A DNA stretch of 64,000 nucleotides from Eledone cirrhosa (lineage: Eukaryota). The position numbers and the translations under genes are program-made. Below are positions 30,689-48,800 of the stretch, piece by piece (position 1 is the first letter of the stretch; each line of letters begins with the position of its first letter). The stretch covers positions 23,498,001 to 23,562,000 of the forward strand of contig OZ024763.1 of assembly GCA_964016885.1 (NCBI GenBank). Direction: 5' to 3'. A model generated the notes under the pieces. That model was not told the DNA's origin. It was given only the letters and a program-made list of their open reading frames with translations, and did not search any database.

Positions 30689-30718
30689 TGTGAAGGGCAG
30701 ATAGAGAGAGAGAGAGAG
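30330..30718. repeat. Compound (GA)n/(GT)n microsatellite with a duplicated gtctgtga(g/a)gggcagatagag spacer
   Basis: Direct reading. Confidence 0.9.
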
Positions 30719-30832
30719 CTAAGTATATTTAACATATGTAATCTATCCCGTATCAGCCAACAGCGACGAAATAATTGTGGATATAATCGGATTTAGAAAA
30801 TCCATTCCGCTTGGTACAGATTGTATTAATGG

Positions 30833-33800
30833 ATCATTACTAGGGCTTTATATTATATATTATATATACAACAGCTATTATTACTAGGGCTTTACCATAC
30901 ATATTATATATTATATATACAACAGCTATCATTACTAGGGCTTTATCTTACATATTATATATTATATATTATATATACAACAGCTATCATTACTAGGGCT
31001 TTACCATACATATTATATATTATATATACAACAGCTATCATTACTAGGGCTTTACCATACATATTATATATTATATATTATATGTACAACAGCTATCATT
31101 ACTAGGGCTTTACCATATATATTATATATTATATATACAACAGCTATCATTACTAGGCTTTAGCTTACATATATATATATAATATATATAACAGCTATCA
31201 TTACTAGGGCTTTACCTTACATATTATATAATATATATACAACAGCTATCATTACTAGGTCTTTACCATACATATTATATATTATATATACAACAGCTAT
31301 CATTGCTAGGGCTATACCATATATATTATATATTATATATACAACAGCTATCATTACTAGGGCTTTACCTTACATATTATATGTTATATATACAACAGCT
31401 ATCATTACTAGGGCTTTACCTTACATATTATATATTATATATACAACAGCTATCATTACCGGGGTTTTACCTTACATATTATATATTATATATACAACAG
31501 CTATGATTACTAGTGCTTTACCTTACATATTATATATTATATATACAACAGCTATCATTACTAGGGCTTTACCTTACATATTATATATTATATATACAAC
31601 AGCTATCATTACTAGGGCTTTACCATATATATTATATATTATATATACAACAGCTATCATTACTAGGGCTTTACCTTACATATTATATATTATATATACA
31701 ACAGCTATCATTACTGGGGCTTTACCTTACATATTATATATTATACATACAACAGCTATCATTACTAGGGCTTTTATTAATTATACATATTATATATTAT
31801 ATATATAACAGCTATCATTACTAGGGCTTTACCTTACATGTATATTATATATACAACAGCTATCATTACTGGGGCTTTACCTTACATATTATATATTATA
31901 TATACAACAGCTATCATTTCTGGGGCTTTACCTTACATATTATATATTATATATTATATATACAACAGCTATCATTACTAGGGCTTTATCTTACATATTA
32001 TATATTATATATTATGTATGCAACAGCTATCATTACTAGGGCTTTACCATACATATTATATATTATATATACAACAGCTATCATTACTAGGGCTTTACCT
32101 TACATATTATATATTATATATACAACAGCTATCATTACTAGGGCTTACCATACATATTATATATTATATATACAACAGCTATCATTACTAGGGCTTTACC
32201 TTACATATAATATATTATATATTATATATACAACAGCTATCATTACTGGGGCTTTACCTTACATATTATATATTATATATACAACAGCTATCATTACTAG
32301 GGCTTTACCTTACATATTATATATTATATATACAACAGCTATCATTACTAGGGCTTTACCTTACATATTATATATTATATATATAACAGCTATCATTACT
32401 AGGGCTTTACCTTACATATATATTATATATACAACAGCTATCACTACTGGGGCTTTACCTTACATATTATATATTATATATACAACAGCTATCATTTCTG
32501 GGCTTTACCTTACATATTATATATTATACATACAACAGCTATCATTACTAGGGCTTTACCTTACATATTATATATTATATATACAACAGCTATCATTACT
32601 AGGGCTTTACCATACATATTATATGTTATATATACAACAGCTATCATTACTAGGGCTTTACCTTACATATTATATATTATATATACAACAGCTACCATTT
32701 CTGGGGCTTTACCTTACATATTATATATTATATATTATATATTATATATACAACAGCTATCATTACTAGGGCTTTACCATACATATTATATATTATGTAT
32801 ACAACAGCTATCATTACTAGGGCTTTACCTTACATATTATATATTATATATTATATATACAACAGCTATCATTACTAGGGCTTTACCATACATATTATAT
32901 ATTATATATACAACAGCTATCATTACTAGGGCTTTACCTTACATATTATATATTATATATACAACAGCTATCATTACAAGGGCTTTACCTTACATATTAT
33001 ATATTATATATACAACAGCTATCATTACTGGGGCTTTACCTTACATATTATATATTATATATACAACAGCTATCATTTCTGGGGCTTTACCTTACATATT
33101 ATATATTATACATACAAAAGCTATCATTACTAGGGCTTTACCTTACATATTATATATTATATATACAACAGCTATCATTACTAGGGCTTTACCTTACATA
33201 TTATATATTATATATATACAACAGCTATCATTACTGGGGCTTTACCTTACATATTATATATTATACATACAACAGCTATCATTACTAGGGCTTTACCTTA
33301 CATATTATATATTATATATTATATATACAACAGCTATCATTACTAGGGCTTTATCTTACATATTATATATTATATATACAACAGCTATCATTACTAGGGC
33401 TTTACCTTACATATTATATATTATATATACAACAGCTATCATTACTAGGGCTTTACCTTACATATTATATATTATATATACAACAGCTATCATTACTAGG
33501 GCTTTACCATACATATTATATATTATATATACAACAGCTATCATTACTAGGGCTTTACCTTACATATTATATATTATATATACAACAGCTATCATTACTA
33601 GGGCTTTACCATACATATTATATATTATATATACAACAGCTATCATTACTAGGGCTTTACCTTACATATTATATATTATATATACAACAGCTATCATTAC
33701 TAGGGCTTTACCTTACATATAATATATTATATATTATATATACAATAGCTATCATTACTAGGGCTTTACCTTACATATTATATATTATATATATAACAGC

Positions 33801-36800
33801 TATCATTACTAGGGCTTTACCTTACATATTATATATTATATATACAACAGCTATCATTACTGGGGCTTTACCTTACATATTATATATTATATATACAACA
33901 GCTATCATTACTGGGGCTTTACCTTACATATTATATATTATACATACAACAGCTATCATTACTAGGGCTTTACCTTACATATTATATATTATATATTATA
34001 TATTATATATACAACAGCTATCATTACTAGGGCTTTATCTTACATATTATATATTATATATACAACAGCTATCATTACTAGGGCTTTACCTTACATATTA
34101 TATATTATATATACAACAGCTATCATTACTAGGGCTTTACCATACATATTATATATTATATATACAACAGCTATCATTACTAGGGCTTTACCTTACATAT
34201 TTTATATTATATATACAACAGCTATCATTACTAGGGCTTTACCATACATATTATATATTATATATACAACAGCTATCATTACTAGGGCTTTATCTTACAT
34301 ATTATATATTATATATACAACAGCTATCATTACTAGGGCTTTACCTTACATATTATATATTATATATACAACAGCTATCATTACTAGGGCTTTACCATAC
34401 ATATTATATATTATATATACAACAGCTATCATTACTAGGGCTTTACCTTACATATTTTATATTATATATACAACAGCTATCATTACTAGGGCTTTACCAT
34501 ACATATTATATATTATATATACAACAGCTATCATTATTAGGGCTTTACCTTACATATTATATATTATATATACAACAGCTATCATTACTAGGGCTTTACC
34601 TTACATATTATATATTATATATACAACAGCTATCATTACTAGGGCTTTACCTTACATATTATATATTATATATACAACAGCTATCATTACTGGGGCTTTA
34701 CCTTACATATTATATATTATATATAAAACAGCTATCATTTCTGGGGCTTTGCCTTACTTATTATATATTATATATACAACAGCTATCATTTCTGGGGCTT
34801 TACCTTACATATTATATATTATACATACAACAGCTATCATTACTAGGGCTTTACCTTACATATAATATATTATATATACAACAGCTATCATTACTAGGGC
34901 TTTACCTTACATATTATATATTATATATACAACAGCTATCATTACTGGGGCTTTACCTTACATATTATATATTATATATACAACAGCTATCATTTCTGGG
35001 GCTTTACCTTACATATTATATATTATACATACAACAGCTATCACTACTAGGGCTTTACCTTACATATTATATATCATATATACAACAGCTATCATTACTA
35101 GGGCTTTACCTTACATATTATATATTATATATACAACAGCTATCATTACTAGGGCTTTACCTTACATATTATATATTATATATACAACAGCTATCATTAC
35201 TGGGGCTTTACCTTACATATTATATATTATATATACAACAGCTATCATTACTAGGGCTTTACCTTACATATTATATATTATATATACAACAGCTATCATT
35301 ACTAGGGCTTTACCTTACATATTATATATTATATATACAACAGCTATCATTACTGGGGCTTTACCTTACATATTATATATTATATATACAACAGCTATCA
35401 TTACTGGGGCTTTACCTTACATATTATATATTATACATACAACAGCTATCATTACTAGGGCTTTACCTTACATATTATATATTATATATACAACAGCTAT
35501 CATTACTGGGGCTTTACCTTACATATTATATATTATACATACAACAGCTATCATTACTAGGGCTTTACCTTACATATTATATATTATATATTATATATTA
35601 TATATACAACAGCTATCATTACTAGGGCTTTACCTTACATATTATATATTATATATACAACAGCTATCATTACTAGGGCTTTACCATACATATTATATAT
35701 TATATATACAACAGCTATCATTACTAGGGCTTTACCTTACATATTTTATATTATATATACAACAGCTATCATTACTAGGGCTTTACCATACATATTATAT
35801 ATTATATATACAACAGCTATCATTACTAGGGCTTTACCTTACATATAATATATTATATATTATATATACAACAGCTATCATTACTAGGGCTTTACCTTAC
35901 ATATTATATATTATATATACAACAGCTATCATTATTGGGGCTTTACCTTACATATTATATATTATATATACAACAGCTATCATTTCTGGGGCTTTACCTT
36001 ACATATTATATATTATATATTATATATACAACAGCTATCAATACTAGGGCTTTACCTTACATATTATATATTATATATACAACAGCTATCATTACTAGGG
36101 CTTTACATTACATATTATATATTATACATACAACAGCTATCATTACTAGGGCTTTATCTTACATATTATATATTATACATACAACAGCTATCATTACTAG
36201 GGCTTTACCTTACATATTATATATTATATATACAACAGCTATCATTACTAGGGCTTTACATTACATATTATATATTATATATACAACAGCTATCATTACT
36301 AGGGCTTTACCTTACATATTATATATTATATATACAACAGCTATCATTACTGGGGCTTTACCTTACATATTATATATTATATATACAACAGCTATCATTA
36401 CTGGGGCTTTACCTTACACATTAGAGATTATATATACAACAGCTATCATTACTAGGGCTTTACCTTACATATATATTATATATACAACAGCTATCATTAC
36501 TAGGGCTTTACATTACATATTATATATTATACATACAACAGCTATCATTACTAGGGATTTACCTTACATATTATATATTATATATACGACAGCTATCATT
36601 ACTGGGGCTTTACCTTACATATTATATATTATATATACAACAGCTATCATTTCTGGGGCTTTACCTTACATATTATATATTATACATACAACAGCTATCA
36701 TTTCTGGGGCTTTACCTTACATATTATATATTATACATACAACAGCTATCATTACTGGGGCTTTACCTTACATATTATATATTATATATACAACAGCTAT

Positions 36801-39800
36801 CATTTCTGAGGCTTTACCTTACATATTATATATTATACATACAACAGCTATCATTTCTGGGGCTTTACCTTACATATTATATATTATACATACAACAGCT
36901 ATCATTACTAGGGCTTTACCTTACATATTATATATTATATATACAACAGCTATCATTACTAGGGCTTTACCATACATATTATATATTATGTATACAACAG
37001 CTATCATTACTAGGGCTTTACCATACATATTATATGTTATATATACAACAGCTATCATTACTAGGGCTTTACCTTACATATTATATATTATATATACAAC
37101 AGCTATATTACCGGGGCTTTACCTTACATATTATATATTATGTATACAACAGCTATCATTACTAGGGCTTTACCTTACATATTATATATTATATATACAA
37201 CAGCTATCATTACTAGGGCTTTACCATACATATTATATATTATGTATACAACAGCTATCATTACTAGGGCTTTACCTTACATATTATATATTATATATAC
37301 AACAGCTATCATTACTGGGGCTTTACCTTACATATTATATATTATATATACAACAGCTATCATTTCTGGGGCTTTACCTTACATATTATATATTATACAT
37401 ACAAAAGCTATCATTACTAGGGCTTTACCTTACATATTATATATTATATATACAACAGCTATCATTACTAGGGCTTTACCATACATATCATATGTTATAT
37501 ATACAACAGCTATCATTACTAGGGCTTTACCTTACATATTATATTATATATATACAACAGCTATCATTACCGGGGCTTTACCTTACATATTATATATTAT
37601 ATATACAACAGCTATCATTACTAGGGCGTTACCTTACATATTATATATTATATATACAACAGCTATCATTACTAGGGCTTTACCATACATATTATATATT
37701 ATGTATACAACAGCTATCATTACTAGGGCTTTACCTTACATATTATATATTATATATACAACAGCTATCATTACTAGGGCTTTACCATACATATTATATA
37801 TTATATATACAACAGCTATCATTACTAGGGCTTTACCTTACATATTATATATTATATATTATATATACAACAGCTATCATTACTAGGGCTTTACCTTACA
37901 TATTATATATTATATATTATATATACAACAGCTATCATTACTAGGGCTTTACCTTACATATTATATAATATATATACAACAGCTATCATTACTAGGGCTT
38001 TACCTTACATAATATATATTATATATATAACAGCTATCATTACTAGGGCTTTACCTTACATATTATATATTATATATACAACAGCTATCATTACTAGGGC
38101 TTTACATTACATATTATATATTATATATACAACAGCTATCATTACTAGGGCTTTACCTTACATATTATATATTATATATACAACAGCTATCATTACTAGG
38201 GCTTTACCTTACATATATATTATATATACAACAGCTATCATTACTAGGGCTTTACATTACATATTATATATTATACATACAACAGCTATCATTACTAGGG
38301 ATTTACCTTACATATTATATATTATATATACGACAGCTATCATTACTGGGGCTTTACCTTACATATTATATATTATATATACAACAGCTATCATTTCTGG
38401 GACTTTACCTTACATATTATATATTATACATACAACAGCTATCATTTCTGGGGCTTTACCTTACATATTATATATTATACATACAACAGCTATCATTACT
38501 GGGGCTTTACCTTACATATTATATATTATATATACAACAGCTATCATTTCTGAGGCTTTACCTTACATATTATATATTATACATACAACAGCTATCATTT
38601 CTGGGGCTTTACCTTACATATTATATATTATACATACAACAGCTATCATTACTAGGGCTTTACCTTACATATTATATATTATATATACAACAGCTATCAT
38701 TACTAGGGCTTTACCATACATATTATATATTATGTATACAACAGCTATCATTACTAGGGCTTTACCATACATATTATATGTTATATATACAACAGCTATC
38801 ATTACTAGGGCTTTACTTTACATATTATATATTATATATACAACAGCTATATTACCGGGGCTTTACCTTACATATTATATATTATGTATACAACAGCTAT
38901 CATTACTAGGGCTTTACCTTACATATTATATATTATATATACAACAGCTATCATTACTAGAGCTTTACCATACATATTATATATTATGTATACAACAGCT
39001 ATCATTACTAGGGCTTTACCTTACATATTATATATTATATATACAACAGCTATCATTACTGGGGCTTTACCTTACATATTATATATTATATATACAACAG
39101 CTATCATTTCTGGGGCTTTACCTTACATATTATATATTATACATACAAAAGCTATCATTACTAGGGCTTTACCTTACATATTATATATTATATATACAAC
39201 AGCTATCATTACTAGGGCTTTACCATACATATCATATGTTATATATACAACAGCTATCATTACTAGGGCTTTACCTTACATATTATATTATATATATACA
39301 ACAGCTATCATTACCGGGGCTTTACCTTACATATTATATATTATATATACAACAGCTATCATTACTAGGGCGTTACCTTACATATTATATATTATATATA
39401 CAACAGCTATCATTACTAGGGCTTTACCATACATATTATATATTATGTATACAACAGCTATCATTACTAGGGCTTTACCTTACATATTATATATTATATA
39501 TACAACAGCTATCATTACTAGGGCTTTACCATACATATTATATATTATATATACAACAGCTATCATTACTAGGGCTTTACCTTACATATTATATATTATA
39601 TATTATATATACAACAGCTATCATTACTAGGGCTTTACCTTACATATTATATATTATATATTATATATACAACAGCTATCATTACTAGGGCTTTACCTTA
39701 CATATTATATAATATATATACAACAGCTATCATTACTAGGGCTTTACCTTACATAATATATATTATATATATAACAGCTATCATTACTAGGGCTTTACCT

Positions 39801-42800
39801 TACATATTATATATTATATATACAACAGCTATCATTACTAGGGCTTTACATTACATATTATATATTATATATACAACAGCTATCATTACTAGGGCTTTAC
39901 CTTACATATTATATATTATATATACAACAGCTATCATTACTAGGGCTTTACCTTACATATTATATATTATATATACAACAGCTATCATTAGTAGGGCTTT
40001 ACCATACATATTATATATTATATATACAACAGCTATCATTACTAGGGCTTTACCATATATATTATATATTATATATACAACAGCTATCATTACTAGTGCT
40101 TTACCTTACATATTATATATTATATATACAACAGCTATCATTACTGGGGCTTTACCTTACATATTATATATTATACATACAACAGCTATCATTACTAGGG
40201 CTTTACCTTACATATTATATATTATATATTATATATACAACAGCTATCATTACTAGGGCTTTATCTTACATATTATATATTATATATACAACAGCTATCA
40301 TTACTAGGGCTTTACCTTACATATTATATATTATATATACAACAGCTATCATTACTAGGGCTTTACCTTACATATTATATATTATATATATAACAGCTAT
40401 CATTACTAGGGCTTTACCTTACATATTATATATTATATATACAACAGCTATCATTACTGGGGCTTTACCTTACATATTATATATTATATATACAACAGCT
40501 ATCATTACTGGGGCTTTACCTTACATATTATATATTATATATACAACAGCTATCATTACTAGGGCTTTACCTTACATATTATATATTATATATAAAACAG
40601 CTATCATTATTGGGGCTTTACCTTACATATTATATATTATATATACAACAGCTATCATTACTAGGGCTTTACCTTACATATTATATATTATATATACAAC
40701 AGCTATCATTTCTGGGGCTTTACCTTACATATATATTATACATACAACAGCTATCATTACTAGGGCTTTACCTTACATATTATATATTATATATACAACA
40801 GCTATCATTACTAGGGCTTTACATTACATATTATATATTATATATACAACAGCTATCATTACTAGGGCTTTACCTTACATATTATATATTATATATACAA
40901 CAGCTATCATTACTAGGGCTTTACCATACATATTATATATTATATATTATATATACAATAGCTATCATTACTAGGGCTTTACCTTACATATTATATATTA
41001 TATATACAACAGCTATCATTACTGGGGCTTTACCTTACATATTATATATTATATATACAACAGCTATCATTACTGGGGCTTTACCTTACATATTATATAT
41101 TATACATACAATAGCTATCATTACTAGGGCTTTATCTTACATATTATATATTATATATTATATATACAACAGCTATCATTACTAGGGCTTTATCTTACAT
41201 ATTATATATTATATATACAACAGCTATCATTACTAGGGCTTTACCTTACATATTATATATTATATATACAACAGCTATCATTACTAGGGCTTTACCATAC
41301 ATATTATATATTATATATACAACAGCTATCATTACTAGGGCTTTACCTTACATATTATATATTATATATACAACAGCTATCATTACTAGGGCTTTACCAT
41401 ACATATTATATATTATATATTATATATACAATAGCTATCATTACTAGGGCTTTATCTTACATATTATATATTATATATTATGTATGCAACAGCTATCATT
41501 ACTAGGGCTTTACCATACATATTATATATTATATATACAACAGCTATCATTACTAGGGCTTTACCTTACATATTATATATTATATATACAACAGCTATCA
41601 TTACTGGGGCTTTACCTTACATATTATATATTATATATACAACAGCTATCATTACTGGGGCTTTACCTTACACATTAGAGATTATATATACAACAGCTAT
41701 CATTACTAGGGCTTTACCTTACATATATATTATATATACAACAGCTATCATTACTAGGGCTTTACATTACATATTATATATTATACATACAACAGCTATC
41801 ATTACTAGGGATTTACCTTACATATTATATATTATATATACGACAGCTATCATTACTGGGGCTTTACCTTACATATTATATGTTATATATACAACAGCTA
41901 TCATTACTAGGGCTTTACCTTACATATTATATGTTATATATACAACAGCTATCATTACTAGGGCTTTACCTTACATATTATATATTATATATACAACAGC
42001 TATATTACCGGGGCTTTACCTTACATATTATATATCATGTATACAACAGCAATCATTACTAGGGCTTTACCTTACCTATTATATATTATATATACAACAG
42101 CTATCATTACTAGGGCTTTACCATACATATTATATATTATGTATACAACAGCTATCATTACTAGGGCTTTACCTTACATATTATATATTATATATACAAC
42201 AGCTATCATTACTGGGGCTTTACCTTACATATTATATATTATATATACAACAGCTATCATTTCTGGGGCTTTACCTTACATATTATATATTATACATACA
42301 AAAGCTATCATTACTAGGACTTTACCTTACATATTATATATTATATATACAACAGCTATCATTACTAGGGCTTTACCTTACATATTATATATTATATATA
42401 CAACAGCTATCATTACTAGGGCTTTACCTTACATATTATATATTATATATACAACAGCTATCATTACTAGGGCTTTACCATACATATTATATATTATGTA
42501 TACAACAGCTATCATTACTAGGGCTTTACCTTACATATTATATATTATATATACAACAGCTATCATTACTAGGGCTTTACCATACATATTATATATTATA
42601 TATACAACAGCTATCATTACTAGGGCTTTACCTTACATATTATATATTATATATTATATATACAACAGCTATCATTACTAGGGCTTTACCTTACATATTA
42701 TATATTATATATTATATATACAACAGCTATCATTACTAGGGCTTTACCTTACATATTATATATTATATATACAACAGCTATCATTACTAGGGCTTTACCT

Positions 42801-45800
42801 TACATATTATATATTATATATATAACAGCTATCATTACTAGGGCTTTACCTTACATATTATATATTATATATACAACAGCTATCATTACTGGGGCTTTAC
42901 CTTACATATTATATATTATATATACAACAGCTATCATTACTGGGGCTTTACCTTACATATTATATATTATATATACAACAGCTATCATTACTAGGGCTTT
43001 ACCTTACATATTATATATTATATATACAACAGCTATCATTACTAGGGCTTTACCTTACATATTATATATTATATATACAACAGCTATCATTACTAGGGCT
43101 TTACCATACATATTATATATTATATATACAACAGCTATCATTACTAGGGCTTTACCATACATATTATATATTATATATACAACAGCTATCATTACTAGTG
43201 CTTTACCTTACATATTATATATTATATATACAACAGCTATCATTACTGGGGCTTTACCTTACATATTATATATTATACATACAACAGCTATCATTACTAG
43301 GGCTTTACCTTACATATTATATATTATATATTATATATACAACAGCTATCATTACTAGGGCTTTATCTTACATATTATATATTATATATACAACAGCTAT
43401 CATTACTAGGGCTTTATCTTACATATTATATATTATATATACAACAGCTATCATTACTAGGGCTTTACCATACATATTATATATTATATATACAACAGCT
43501 ATCATTACTAGGGCTTTACCTTACATATTATATATTATATATACAACAGCTATCATTACTAGGGCTTTACCATACATATTATATATTATATATACAACAG
43601 CTATCATTACTAGGGCTTTACCTTACATATAATATATTATATATTATATATACAATAGCTATCATTACTAGGGCTTTACCTTACATATTATATATTATAT
43701 ATACAACAGCTATCATTACTAGGGCTTTACCTTACATATTATATATTATATATATAACAGCTATCATTACTAGGGCTTTACCTTACATATTATATATTAT
43801 ATATACAACAGCTATCATTACTGGGGCTTTACCTTACATATTATATATTATATATACAACAGCTATCATTACTAGGGCTTTACCATACATATTATATATT
43901 ATATATACAACAGCTATCATTACTAGGGCTTTACCTTACATATTTTATATTATATATACAACAGCTATCATTACTAGGGCTTTACCATACATATTATATA
44001 TTATATATACAACAGCTATCATTACTAGGTCTTTACCTTACATATAATATATTATATATTATATATACAACAGCTATCATTACTAGGGCTTTACCTTACA
44101 TATTATATATTATATATACAACAGCTATCATTACTAGGGCTTTACCTTACATATTATATATTATATATATAACAGCGATCATTACTAGGGCTTTACCTTA
44201 CATATTATATATTATATATACAACAGCTATCATTACTGGGGCTTTACCTTACATATTATATATTATATATACAACAGCTATCATTACTGGGGCTTTACCT
44301 TACATATTATATATTATATATACAACAGCTATCATTACTAGGGCTTACCTTACATATTATATATTATATATAAAACAGCTATCATTATTGGGGCTTTACC
44401 TTACATATTATATATTATATATACAACAGCTATCATTTCTGGGGCTTTACCTTACATATTATATATTATACATACAACAGCTATCATTACTAGGGCTTTA
44501 CCTTACATATTATATATTATATATACAACAGCTATCATTACTAGGGCTTTACATTACATATTATATATTATATATATAACAGCTATCATTACTAGGGCTT
44601 TACCTTACATATTATATATTATATTTACAACAGCTATCATTACTGGGGCTTTACCTTACATATTATATATTATATATACAACAGCTACCATTACTGGGGC
44701 TTTACCTTACACATTAGAGATTATATATACAACAGCTATCATTACTAGGGCTTTACCTTACATATATATTATATATTCAACAGCTATCATTACTAGGGCT
44801 TTACCTTACATATTATATATTATATATACAACAGCTATCATTACTGGGGCTTTACCTTACATATTATATATTATACATACAACAGCTATCATTACTAGGG
44901 ATTTACCTTACATATTATATATTATATATACGACAGCTATCATTACTGGGGCTTTACCTTACATATTATATATTATATATACAACAGCTATCATTTCTGG
45001 GGCTTTACCTTACATATTATATATTATACATACAACAGCTATCATTTCTGGGGCTTTACCTTACATATAATATATTATACATACAACAGCTATCATTACT
45101 AGGGCTTTACCTTACATATTATATATTATATATACAACAGCTATCATTTCTGGGGCTTTACGTTACATATTATATATTATACATACAACAGCTATCATCA
45201 CTAGGGCTTTACCTTACATATTATATATTATATATACAACAGCTATCATTACTAGGGGTTTACCATACATATTATATGTTATATATACAACAGCTATCAT
45301 TACTAGGGCTTTACCTTACATATTATATATTATATATACAACAGCTATCATTACCGGGGCTTTACCTTACATATTATATATTATATATACAACAGCTATC
45401 ATTACTAGGGCTTTACCTTACATATTATATATTATATATACAACAGCTATCATTACCGGGGCTTTACCTTACATATTATATATTATATATACAACAGCTA
45501 TCATTACTGTGGCTTTACCTTATATATTATATATTATATATACAACAGCTATCATTGCTAGGGCTTTACCATACATATTATATATTATGTATACAACAGC
45601 TATCATTACTAGGGCTTTACCTTACATATTATATATTATATATACAACAGCTATCATTACCGGGGCTTTACCTTACAAATTATATATTATATATACAACA
45701 GCTATCATTACTGTGGCTTTACCTTATATATTATATATTATATATACAACAGCTATCATTACTAGGGCTTTACCATACATATTATATATTATGTATACAA

Positions 45801-48800
45801 CAGCTATCATTACTAGGGCTTTACCTTACATATTATATATTATTTATACAACAGCTATCATTACTAGGGCTTTACCATATATATTATATATTATATACAC
45901 AACAGCTATCATTACTGTGGCTTTACCTTACATATTATATATTATATATACAACAGCTATCATTACTAGGGCTTTACCTTACATATTATATATTATATAT
46001 TATATATACAACAGCTATCATTACTAGGGCTTTACCTTACATATTATATATTATATATACAACAGCTATCATTACTAGGGCTTTACCATACATATTATAT
46101 ATTATATATACAACAGCTATCATTACTAGGGCTTTACCTTACATATTATATATTATATATACAACAGCTATCATTACTAGGGCTTTACCTTACATATTAT
46201 ATATTATATATACAACAGCTATCATTACCGGGGCTTTACCTTACATATATATTATATATTATATATACAACAGCTATCATTACTAGGGCTTTACCTTACA
46301 TATTATATATTATATATACAACAGCTATCATTACTGGGGCTTTACCTTACATATTATATATTATATATACAACAGCTATCATTTCTGGGGCTTTACCTTA
46401 CATATTATATATTATACATACAAAAGCTAACATTACCAGGGCTTTACCTTACATATTATATATTATATATACAACAGCTATCATTACTAGGGCTTTACCT
46501 TACATATTATATATTATATATACAACAGCTATCATTACCGGGGCTTTACCTTACATATTATATATTATATATACAACAGCTATCATTACTAGGGCTTTAC
46601 CTTACATATTATATATTATATATACAACAGCTATCATTACTAGGGCTTTACCATACATATTATCTATTATATATACAACAGCTATCATTACTAGGGCTTT
46701 ACCTTACATATTATATATTATATATTATATATACAACAGCTATCATTACTAGGGCTTTACCTTACATATTATATATTATATATTATATATACAACAGCTA
46801 TCATTACTAGGGCTTTACCATACATATTATATATTATATATACAACAGCTATCATTACTAGGGCTTTACCTTACATATTATATATTATATATACAACAGC
46901 TATCATTACTAGGGCTTTAGCTTACATATTATATATTATATATACAACAGCTATCATTACTGGGGCTTTACCTTACATATTATATATTATATATACAACA
47001 GCTATCATTACTGGGGCTTTACCTTACACATTAGATATTATATATACAACAGCTATCATTACTAGGGCTTTACCTTACATATATATTATATATACAACAG
47101 CTATCATTACTAGGGCTTTACCTTACATATTATATATTATATATACAACAGCTATCATTACTGGGGCTTTACCTTACATATTATATATTATACATACAAC
47201 AGCTATCATTACTGGGGCTTTACCTTACATATTATATATTATATATACAACAGCTATCAATACTAGGGCTTTACCATACATATTATATATTATATATACA
47301 ACAGCTATCATTACTAGGGCTTTACCATATATATTATATATTATATTTACAACAGCTATCATTACTGGGGCTTTACCTTACATATTATATATTATACATA
47401 CAACAGCTATCATTACTGGGGCTTTACCTTACATATTATATATTATACATACAACAGCTATCATTACTGGGGCTTTACCTTACATATTATATATTATACA
47501 TACAACAGCTATCATTACTGGGGCTTTACCTTACATATTATATATTATATATACAACAGGTATCATTACTAGGGCTTTACCATACATATTATATATTATA
47601 TATACAACAGCTATCATTACTAGGGCTTTACCTTACATATAATATATTATATATTATATATACAACAGCTATCATTACTAGGGCTTTACCTTACATATTA
47701 TATATTATATATACAACAGCTATCATTACTAGGGCTTTACCTTACATATTATATATTATATATATAACAGCTATCATTACTAGGGCTTTACCTTACATAT
47801 TATATATTATATATACAACAGCTATCATTACTGGGGCTTTACCTTACATATTATATATTATATATACAACAGCTATCATTACTGGGGCTTTACCTTACAT
47901 ATTATATATTATACATACAACAGCTATCATTACTAGGGCTTTACCTTACATATTATATATTATATATTATATATTATATATACAACAGCTATCATTACTA
48001 GGGCTTTACCTTACATATTATATATTATATATACAACAGCTATCATTACTAGGGCTTTACCATACATATTATATATTATATATACAACAGCTATCATTAC
48101 TAGGGCTTTACCTTACATATTTTATATTATATATACAACAGCTATCATTACTAGGGCTTTACCATACATATTATATATTATATATACAACAGCTATCATT
48201 ACTAGGTCTTTACCTTACATATAATATATTATATATTATATATACAACAGCTATCATTACTAGGGCTTTACCTTACATATTATATATTATATATACAACA
48301 GCTATCATTACTAGGGCTTTACCTTACATATTATATATTATATATATAACAGCGATCATTACTAGGGCTTTACCTTACATATTATATATTATATATACAA
48401 CAGCTATCATTACTGGGGCTTTACCTTACATATTATATATTATATATACAACAGCTATCATTACTGGGGCTTTACCTTACATATTATATATTATATATAC
48501 AACAGCTATCATTACTAGGGCTTTACCTTACATATTATATATTATATATAAAACAGCTATCATTATTGGGGCTTTACCTTACATATTATATATTATATAT
48601 ACAACAGCTATCATTTCTGGGGCTTTACCTTACATATTATATATTATACATACAACAGCTATCATTACTAGGGCTTTACCTTACATATTATATATTATAT
48701 ATACAACAGCTATCATTACTAGGGCTTTACATTACATATTATATATTATATATATAACAGCTATCATTACTAGGGCTTTACCTTACATATTATATATTAT